A DNA stretch of 64,000 nt. It comes from Balanoglossus misakiensis (taxonomy: Eukaryota; Animalia; Hemichordata). Every line of letters starts with the position of its first letter. The stretch's first letter is position 1. The position numbers and the translations under genes were made by a program. The stretch spans positions 14,759,129-14,823,128 of the forward strand of contig CM082576.2 in NCBI GenBank assembly GCA_040954595.2, written 5' to 3'. Shown here piece after piece: positions 37,309-64,000 of this stretch. The notes under the pieces were generated by a model. That model was not told the origin of the DNA and did no database searches. It worked only from the letters and a program-made list of their open reading frames with translations.

Positions 37309-37395
37309 GGAAGGATGTGTACCTATGTTCACAGTGTGTTGACATGTCTCTAAGAATTTGCATCTTCTCCGATAGTCCAAAGTCGCAGATTTTGG
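37309..37395 (-). pseudogene. Frameshifted protein-kinase fragment (subdomains VII-VIII)
   Basis: KICDFGLSEKMQILRDMST, then after a 1-nt shift TVNIGTHP; no other kinase subdomains found nearby. Confidence 0.35.
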
Positions 37396-37970
37396 AATCA
37401 TTATCAAAAGTTGTTGAGGTGGGTGCCCTCTTGATTTTGTTTTCAAAATTGTACCGTACATGATGATCATGTCCTGGGTCGCTTATGAAAAATACAATGC
37501 AAGATAAAACCATAAAAACTTACAAGTTTGGTGGTATATGTCATTTTCTGACCGAGGGCTTAAATGCTGTACTGTGACAGATTCAAAATAAAATCTTGGT
37601 CACTTTTATGTCAGCTGATTTAAAGAAGCGTTCAAGTCATTGCAGAACCTCCAGAACAAAATATCACTATTGATGAATTGTTTCTGAACTGGTCAGTAAG
37701 CAAAGGATTCTAGGATTATAGTTTTGTACCACCAGAACACATCCCAGACATTAACACCCTAGCGCTAACTGATGGATGGTACATGTAAATGTCTAGGGAG
37801 GTGGGAGATGGGGGGGGGGGGGGGGGGACATCCTGATACCCAATGAAAAGTGTCGAAATTATTACTTAGGTTGATATTAATTATTATTATGACTCAAATG
37901 ATTGATTTCTTTCTGCTGGACACCTGCCATTCATGAATTAAAAATAAATATTTCAGTGACGCAAGAGATG

Positions 37971-40900
37971 CTAGACTTCCACTCTTGGATCTGATGGTTG
38001 GCCCTTGGCTATCATAGCTTCTTCGTCTTTCCATTTTGGTTTCTCTGTCCGCGTGTGCCAAACCAATACCTGGAAGTGAAGTCAGAAATCGACATGATCA
38101 AACACACTCAGAAATACTATGCCTAGTAATAACCATCCGAATTTTCATATACAATACACACCTTCATATGTTTCCCTTCATTTCTGGAGATACAGTAATA
38201 GATCCTGTCTTTAATAATCGAACCCTGTCAATGAACATACAGTATTTTCCAGTCCCTCTCACATAGAACCACATGTTAATCAATAGGATGTGAGCTCTTG
38301 TAAATTTGACATATTCTTTATATGAGCACTGTAATATGAAATTAATTAATGAAGATGTGGCCAACCTTTGTGCATAGATCAGCTTTGGGTTCCAGCTCTT
38401 CTAATGTGACCAACTGTGAAAGCATGGAGGACTCCAGATAACCTCTCTTGGCAGTGATCTCAAATTTGGCTGCGGGACGATCCATGAAAAGTTTGAGGTT
38501 GACTGCAAAACCAGCCATATCCATGGCAAACGGCCGCTGTGGTCTCCACGCTGCATACCAACCTTCCACCTTCCCATTTTCACCAACGATAGGACGTTCG
38601 AATCTCAGACCACCTGTGATACCAACCGGCCAAACAGAAACTTTTTTTGTGTATCTCATCTGTAGAGGCAAAAAATGGAAAAAAAATACTAGTAATATTA
38701 TGCAGGTGTATCATTTTCAATAGTGATCTCAGGTTCAAAGAAGACATACATGTTAGCTGATTGCAAATTTTTTTTATGGGAGTTAATTAAAAAGAGGCCT
38801 ACCAGGTCTTTACTGCTCAAATTTACCATATGACAAATACACACAGTAGGAGGAAAGTTACACAAATTGTTTGCCATGATGTACATTTAAAGTGGAACGT
38901 TGTGATCCGTTTTTGAGCCAATTCTGCGAAATGCGATTAAAAAGTACTATGAAAAACGTTGGTTTCATTCACTTTCACTTACGCATAACAGAGCTACAGC
39001 CAGCCAAAAACTGCGCGAACCCGGAAGTGAGTGACGTCAGCAACTGTTGTCCGCTGCCGACGCGTTGGAGCGAGCTTATGCTTATACACGCCTGCACTCA
39101 CGCGACCGACGACGTTAGCATAGCAACATATTCTCGGGTAGTAGGCTACAATTTTGAACCAGAGATTCCCTTCTACGACCAAGCGACTGAATTTTACAGA
39201 GGACAAAAGTTCATGCAGTTCTGATCTCCGATGTGTCCCGTTTGTCAAGGCTTACACTTGGTGTGGTTTCAGTGAAACCATAGACCCTAGAGTCTATGGT
39301 GAAACAGACAATGCTGCAATTAAACAATACCCTCCCTCGTTGTCTCTCCCTCGTTGTCACCTTTTCGAACCACTTTTCTTACAAAAATACTTAGTCACCT
39401 TTTATGGAGTTGAAAAGAACGCAGGTGCATCGTCCTGCTCTCCAGGTGTAGTACGCCCGTAGTATAATGGAAGCCAATGCTATAGTTATTGTATGCATGT
39501 TTCGTCTCTTGAAATGTATTAAAACTGCCCTTTTTAGTTGCTTTCATTTGATAACTATGCGATCGTCAATAAATGGATATTAAACCCAAATCCGTGTACC
39601 AAAAAACGTGCAGGAAGGATTTAATACGGTACGTTTATTATTATCAGCGGCAGTTAGAACAACTTTGTATAGGCCTTACGGTTTGTTCATAAACGTCGAC
39701 ATGCATGGCATCATGGACATTGCAGGGTCTATGTCTGCACGCATCGACAAATACAATACTAGTACACGAAGAGCACTGCCTTTGAAAGAAACTTATCCCC
39801 GTCGATTTTCCGAATATGTTTTTAAAATCATGAACTTGACATTTCGCCATGTCAGATCCGCGCAAAATGTGTCTGTTTATTGGAAATGACACGTCGAACG
39901 TGTAAGTTGCTGACGTCACTGTAGTATTTTCAACGCGCGTCTACTGCTTGCGCAGGAAGTGAAAGTGAATTAACCCATCGGAACGTTGCCGTTTTTGACA
40001 CCCGGATTGTACTTTGAAGCCCAAAATTGAGGGTGTCGTTCCACTTTAAACTTTGTAGCTGTCTAGATTTTCTGAATTGATATACCTAGGAAGTAATACA
40101 TTGAAGAATTGACAGCTTCATTTTCTACATTCTCCTGTTTATGGATCCAACCGTAAGAAAAATTCCAAACACGGTTTTGATATCAAGATTGTACAGTTTT
40201 GAGTAGAGTTAGGCTACATATAAAGAGAGATGTATTGTTCAAAAGTACCACATGTCAACAGACAACCTGCAAAATAAATTAATGAAAGGCATTGTAAACA
40301 GAACCATATGCATGTTCAAATGGGACACACACATGTACAGTCTTGCAGGTACATGATGTGTAATTTGTTTACATGGCTAGCACATGACCATTTAACGTCC
40401 GTTCTCTGAAACACTGCAGTCTGCACTTTGTGTGTTATTTTATTTGACACCCTCTCAAAATTCTAGTGTTACCTTCAAACAAACAAACAAACAAACAAAC
40501 AGCACAACAGTTAGGTGATTAGGCTTGCAGGGTCTTCAAAAAATTTACACTTACATGTAGGCCGGGCATGTAGTTAACATGTACACCAAGCAAATGAGTA
40601 CACATTTTGGATTGCCATGGTGCAAAAAACAAACAAACTAAAAACACACCAATTATAACCTTACCTCTTCAAAAAGCTGTAAACTATACGTGTTGTCATC
40701 ATCTGCGAAATACACAACTCCGGGATTGGAACTGGCATCAATGTTTTCTCTCAGCCACTCAACAGCAAGATTTCTCTGTTCAACTCCCCTAGGTTTCAGC
40801 CAATGAGGGTCACTCTCGCCCATTTTATACCTCACAGGTGTTGCGACATTCAGGTGTGTGTACCTCAAACCTGTCTGGGCTAGAAAATGAGTCACTAGAG

Positions 40901-42962
40901 GAGTCCTCGAGGCTGAATCTTCGACAACGATCCAGTGGAAATTTTTCACGTGCAGAAAAGTGTTTGAAAGCCTCACGAGCTCCGCCTTTTGCACGTGTCT
41001 TGTGTGTGTCGGAGTTATCGCATAAATTGTCGGAATGTCGTCGTCCAGAACTTGCGAAATGTACTCCACTGCGTTTGGAAACTGTCTGCGCAAAGTGATA
41101 TCCAGTGTCCGCAGTTTCTTTTCGAGTTTGTTTAATTCCTCTTCTTTCTTCTTGAAGGGAGCCTCCTTCTTTGCCAGAATGGCTCTGTAGTCTTCTTCAC
41201 CGTGTTCAGATTTGGATTCCGGGCAATTTATCCCTGAAAAAGAAAATAACAATGCTTGAAAATTGAATAATTTTACTGCAGTATATTTCAGAAACACAGG
41301 TTTATGCAGCAGAGGTCTCTCAGAAAGTGCTATATTTATATCACTGGTGATGACATTTCTGGTAAAAACCCATTCAATGATAAACCTGTGTAAAGGATGT
41401 TTTAATAAGACAGCCCACATACAGAATGGGAGCAGGTACAAATGTAACCTCTTGCTCAAAGAAAATTGGTCTTATCTGTCAGTTTCGCTCACTTTCACTA
41501 AGAAAAACAAAATTAACTGTGGGATCACCTTCGAATGACCAATGTGTATGAATACTAAAATATTTACAGTCATTTGTGCCATGTGGCTACATGTATAAAG
41601 TGTAATGTACATGTTCTATATTCTGAACAAAGATTAGAGAGAAAATATTTTATTGTGAGCTCAAAACTTACTATTTAAATATACCAAGTGCAATTTACAC
41701 ATGTTCTCACATGCTGAGTGCAGGGTTCCCATATGTTCATTGAACACATCTTTTTCACTGAACGGAAGCTTGTTAGAAAAATGGTCCAAACAAGCTCCAC
41801 TGAACAAAAAATTGCCTGGCGACTTCATATCCGAGCAATAATTTTGTATTAACAATTGCCACATGCACACTTAGTCTGTCAGTCCTCCTATTATCATCTC
41901 TAATATTACCGGTAGCCCCTATTTTCTCTATACAAATGTAATTAACTCTATTAGTATTAATTACCATGATCTACCGTATATCACCAACTCTCAATTCATT
42001 CTGACAATATATTCTGACCAAGTACTAACAGCCGGGTAAATAAACTCAGCAAACTGAACAAATGTAAATAAGTCTGCCAATATCCCTTGGTGAAGTTATC
42101 AGCCCAATACTTTCTAGGAGTGCACACACATTTATTGGCGATATAAGAGCCGAATTTAAGTGTTTATCCTCATAATAATTCAAATTTCACTAATTAAAAT
42201 AAAAAAATTCACTTTTGCAACACACATTAAACTTTAAATTTAGCACTAAATGTATCTTTTGGCTTTCACTGTTTTTTTTTAACTGTTTAACCATTGGGTA
42301 TTTTTGTTCTGTGTATAATTTAAATCGACTGCTTTTTCTTGTTCCCTATCAATACACAATACAAAATTAAAGCTTAATTAGTACGTGCATGGTCCCTTCA
42401 TGGAGGCATCATGAGTATTATCACCTCGTGTTTGGAGGTGCCTGCATGTGTAACTGTAACTCTATCTCAACAACAGTTGGTATGATTGCATGCAGTGTCC
42501 CCTCAATCAAGGTTCATCCCTGAGACTATTTGCATGTTTGAAGTTGTGGCTGCCAGCATCTACATGGTATAAGAGTTCGCAGGGTACCCGAGTCGCAGAC
42601 TGGAGCAACGGCACTTCCGGTTTCCTGACACACGAGAGAAACCCTTCAAATCTGAAGATTCGCGTACTCCGCGTACAAAACCAAGATAACCATGCGGTAG
42701 TATCTATCAGTTGGCTCTTCACATCAGCCTCACGGAAGGACATCGTACATCCATGGAAACACACAATATAATGCGCAAGGACAGGCCATTTGATTAGGCC
42801 TCCACTGTCTCGTAGATGCGGTATGCTGGGTACAGGACTGTGCGGATTCACAGAGGAGAGGTAATATGTGAACTTACCGTATTTCATTATGAGAAAAATC
42901 ATGCCCAAGAATGAAATCAAGAAGTACGCAATGACAAGTTTCTTGGGGTGTAATCTCGCCAT
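37971..42962 (-). CDS. B3GAT3: GT43 beta-1,3-glucuronosyltransferase (GlcAT-I/B3GAT3-like)
   Basis: Exons 42878-42962 (type II signal anchor), 40665-41233, 38366-38659, 37971-38069. [81 protein letters not shown]. Assignment among B3GAT1/2/3 is tentative. Confidence 0.9.
38891..40045. mobile_element. Non-autonomous Kolobok-like DNA transposon in B3GAT intron 2
   Basis: TTAA TSD (38887-38890, 40046-40049); TIR AGTGGAACG/CGTTCCACT; perfect subterminal IRs ATTCACTTTCACTT (38967/39957) and GTGACGTCAGCAACT (39031/39905); CpG-rich interior with decayed coding remnants. Confidence 0.8.
40477..40500. repeat. (AAAC)n microsatellite
   Basis: About 6 tandem units. Confidence 0.9.
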
Positions 42963-43245
42963 TTCTGATTCATCGAATTTGACGAAACCACCCCACCGGC
43001 CGTCGGTCATCCGGAGTACAGCTGCATCGACAAACCGCATAAACTAAATATGGCGGCTAAGGGATGGACCATTTGATATCCGGGGGAGGGACTGGAGGAT
43101 TTTTGCGAGAAAAAAATGCTGTCAGTCATCATTGAAAAAAATGTTTCTTTTTGTAAAGATTATTTTATTTACTAGTTTTATTGGCCAGTGCTGTGACAGA
43201 AATGCAAATGTGGAAATCTTTATTTTTCCTGTTCAGAGGTGCAAT

Positions 43246-43284
43246 GTATACAGTCACCTCTAATTTACATATGCCTATATATGG
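43246..43284. mobile_element. End fragment of the 8658-8842 MITE family
   Basis: gtatacagtcacctctaatttacatatgcctatatatg matches the reverse complement of 8803-8840. Confidence 0.6.
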
Positions 43285-46200
43285 TGAAAAGTGCCAGTGT
43301 TTCAGTGACCATGTGGTAATGCACTATTTTTGCCTATGGGTGGTATTTCAATTAGGTCTTTCATGTTGTATTTTTTGACACAGAGTAATAACCAATCAGG
43401 TACATGTTGCTGACAACATGTACAAACACATACCGTATCTGTACACAAATATCATCCCATCCGCTTTTCAGGGATTGTTTTCTATAGCTTAATGGCAGCT
43501 TTCCCAGTAGGTCAGACTAGGTAGACCTGATAGTTGCTTTAGCCATGTTCATAAAACATACAGACACAAGAAAAACACACACTTATGTACTACATATACA
43601 CACATCACCAAGATGAAGAATAGAACACAAATACAAGATTGTAATAGAGAAATTATTAGTTTAATTTGCATCTTAGCAGCCTTGGCATGACAACCACAGA
43701 GGGAAATACTTCGAGAGTAGTTTCCATATATGGCAGTATGCTGAAGTATGATACCAGCTTGATTTCCACTGACTTTTAAAACCCCACAGTTTGTTTACAT
43801 GGTATAATAATCATGATGAAAGTTTGTATCTACAGATGTCAAAGGGAATTACCGAACTCAGTGCCAAGAAGTGTGCAAGTGGTATTAGTGAAATGATGGC
43901 AAATAATACAATCCAAACGGTGCTCTTGACTTCCAAATTTGTAAAGTTCAAAGTTCAAATCTGTACATTTGCATGCTAGGTCACACAAATCACAATGTTT
44001 AAAGCTATCTACTGTATGTAATATCACAAATTTTAATTTTTTTTTTGTCTTCAAAATTTGAAAATTAATTTCTGAATCCTGTGGAACACACTTGAAAGGT
44101 GGAAGCTACTACGGGGACACTGGTAAATGCAGACATTTCCAAAGTCCTAAAAGGCTGGAAAAATTCAAACTTCTTCTCCTTAATCCACTTCAATTAAGGA
44201 ATAATACTGGAAATTTAAAATTTGCAAACAATGAAGATGATGAGGAAAACACAAAATTAAAAAAAAATCTTCTCAATAAATAAAATAATCGAATAATTAA
44301 CAATAAGAGAAACACTGGTAAAAGCAGCCCATTGGTTGACTGTGGTCAGCATTTTCTACATATACAGTATATCAGATTTATTCAGAATATACAGATTAAA
44401 ATTGCCTCTGAAAGCTAAAAAAAAATCATTATACATAGTTCAGAAACAGTAAACATTATACTACCCTAAATCGTCATGGCAAAGGTATTTCTTTAATAAT
44501 AGTTTTTTTTTCTGTCACATTCAAAGCATTTAAAATCTTACATTTATTTATAGAGTGATAAGCACAATTTACAGACATAGCAAGTCCATAAACAAAGGTC
44601 AAAGCTACTATTTTTTTTGTCCTATTGGTGATAGTGTTGCCTTTTGATTTTGCGGGTTTTCATTTGGTGATCTATCTACTTTGATGCCAATCAAGGTTAT
44701 TTCACCAGTTTCATTCAAGTTCAGTCCCAAACACACACACTGAAGGACTGTGGTTCTATCTTCTGTTAAGATCTCTTGATAAACAAAGCAACAGTTCATC
44801 ACTGTGCTTCCTATGTATGCATTCTGTGAAAATGAATTGCTATGGCAACGATACCAATGTCAAGGTCAAGCATACAGATGTACTATGTCATTGATATATC
44901 TTGTAAATCAGACAAAAAAAACTTTAAATATTAAACCCAAATACAAATTAAAATAAAAAAGACAATTAATTATCCAAATTACAATACACCACACATATAA
45001 ATATTTTGGACATTGTGTTCATATTCTGAAAGACTAAAGACTTTAAATGGTTTACCTGGCAGCTTAATATAGGAGAAAAAAACAGCTCAGTACTATATGT
45101 TTAAGAACATGATTTTTTGAAATTGGAATTCTTGAATATGTGCGTTTAATGTTTTATCACAAATGCTGGCTTGATTGTGGGTGGCGATGGCAAGTCTGTG
45201 ACCTATGTTGCATCTCATATATATGACCCCCAGTTGGATGAACATCGGTTTTCTGTTGAATGGTTATCAGCAAATCCATCAAATTAGGCAACCATTGAAG
45301 CTTCACAATTTATTCAGTATAAAAAACAAAAAAAAAACAATGCACGACTGATTTCGTTATGAAATTGTCAAAATGTTGGCTTCGTCATCTCAATTTTGTC
45401 ACATTATGCTTATGAGAGAAAACTACCTATACTCGAATACCAAATGTTAGAATTGATCAATGTATGACATCTTTAGGGTCTTGTTTGCATGAAGTTTGGG
45501 AGTACTAAAAGACCAAAACTCTGCTCTTGGGTTAATTTGCATCAGTTGTGTTTCATCTGAGGAATTATTAACGTTGTCTGTTTCCAGAAATGTGTTGATA
45601 GTCTCTCCCCTGCTTATGTAGGCATAATTGGATACAAACACTAGTAGGAATTGTACTTCTTTTATTTGAACATACATACTATTACATACACACACACACA
45701 CTCACTCACACATATAATGGATGCTGTTTGATTCCAATAGGTACTATTCCCTATCATACCCAACAAATAATAGTCCAGCATTTGCTCTTTTGTCTTTTCT
45801 CGCGTTCCAATTTACTTTCTTTCATCTCAGCCTGGCATGATATTCTCTTTTCCTAATGTACTGATACCCATGATTGGTTTAAGCTTTTAGTTTTGAAATA
45901 TTTTTTGAATACTCTGGGAATTTCTGGAAAAAAATAATCTGGCCTCTTTGATAGTGATGTCACTCACCATGAATATTTATACAGCTTTTTTGGGTGCAAT
46001 TAGACATGGACAACAACTTCAACAACTTGGCATGCATTTTTTTTTAAGACCGCTGCAATTCACTTATTAAGTATGTTGACGAAGATTAGAAGACAAATGA
46101 TAATGGCTCAGACAGCTGCATGGGCTTTGTGTGAAAATCTCTAACAATGTGACAAATATAGAGCATTTCTCAAAATTTGTTCAGGGCTGTATTAATCTTC

Positions 46201-47072
46201 AGGACTGTCGATTACCCACATGTACACACCGTTGTAAGAAAGACATTTTATACAATCAATCAACTCGTAACAATTTTTTACAGCATGCCAGTTTTCTGAG
46301 AGACAAGCCTTCGCACGGTCGGTGTTGGCTTCATGATCACTGTGGTATAGTACAATTAATTTCACGAGAGCTGCTATGAATTTGGAAGTTATTAAATAGT
46401 TAATTGATTTAGCAAGACCAACTTTTTTCATGAGAATACTTCATGGTTTACAAGGTGAACAAAACTTTTAAAAAGCTGCACTTTGAAGAAAATGAAACTG
46501 TAGGAAGTAGACGGTTTAGTACATTTGAGGTACTCTGAATGTTATCTTGAATTACAGGTAATGCACAAAAAAGACTAAAATTACTGATTAAAAACTCACT
46601 CCCAATAAATAAGTTAAAACCAAAAAAAAACCTGTTATGTCAAATTTACACTATTTACAAAGTCTATTGGCAACCAATGTGGCCTCATTTCTCAAAACCT
46701 TCATTGGTTAAAAATCATCATGGAAAACTGACTAAAAGGACCTATCGGGAGATGTAAACAATCTATCCTGCAAATCAACAATCTTCTTGGCAAGACTAAA
46801 AGCTAAATTTTTAGAATAGTACAATTGCAAAAATTCCTAAGTAGGAACTAATTTATTGTCTTGATTGAAAACTGCAGCCTGTTTTACCTCTCAAAGCAGA
46901 ATTATACATACGGTACAATTTGGGGATATATTCGAACGATTAAAAGGAGAGTCACTACAACACAAAAACAACTAAATCCTACATTTCTCTTCCGCCCATG
47001 AGCTCTCACTTCAAGATGTAGGAGAAAAAGGTGACATATTACAGTGTTGTTATTTTTTCTGTCTTGTGTTTT

Positions 47073-63399
<16,327 letters not shown>

Positions 63400-64000
63400 C
63401 TGTGGTGATTAAATAACAAACAAACAAACCAATGAGAGGACACAAGTCAAACGGCAACACACAATCCAAGAATTTTCCATTAGTGTTTTTTTTTCTTGTA
63501 AAGGAAAATCCATTAATTCCCCTAGAGCAGTACTTTGGTGACAAAGGACTACAAACACCTATTAATGACCACATGATCTCATATCTGACATTTGCCAGGG
63601 ATATTGAAATAAAAAAAAGCATGTCATTGACTACTTCCACAACACAATGAAAAATAAATACAGTAAAAATAAATATTATGCTAAAAATAAATAGAATGTC
63701 ATAAATAGAATGAGGACAACATTATATTTGCAAACATTGAGCAATATGGTGTAAAGATAAAGTTTTGATGACCATTGGTGACAATAAAGCATTGCACATC
63801 AAGTTTCATAACTGCCATCTTGGTTTTATGATGGTCAATGTGCAGTGGTCTTGGAAGGTTGTTTCAGTTCACTCTTGAGAAAGGTGTACATGAATGCTGT
63901 AACCTATGGAATGCTTTGCACTGCACCTTTTCATGGTACATGTTCTACTCAAAATAAATTGTCTTTTCAGGAAGTCAAGAGTTCAAAAGTACAAGCAGAC

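Noticed and set aside
42507-43040. 177-aa minus ORF as a full protein
   Set aside because: Only 42878-42962 fits B3GAT exon 1; the rest runs through a GTAAG donor into intron.

Overview
AT-rich, intron-rich animal genomic DNA; the gene content suggests an invertebrate, possibly a deuterostome (inference). By reading splice sites I reconstructed eight protein-coding genes: DDHD1 (-, 1638-16863), SMIM12 (+), an unidentified 146-aa gene with a single coding exon (-), NDUFB1 (+, missed by the ORF track), NEK2 (-), ATXN3 (+), a B3GAT3-like glucuronosyltransferase (-) and the 3' part of a PLCB4-like phospholipase C-beta (-, runs off the right edge). Main points of interest: two tandemly duplicated, phase-incompatible (mutually exclusive) exons at the start of the PLC-beta Y domain, with a candidate intronic pairing element; a textbook U12 intron; a GC-AG intron in NEK2; candidate microexons; a TTAA-flanked Kolobok-like element with a decayed KolX/P2X7-ballast-like remnant and a nested 20-bp transposon footprint; NDUFB1-ATXN3 microsynteny shared with human; and a frameshifted kinase relic. 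Exon coordinates were read by eye and may be off by a base or two.
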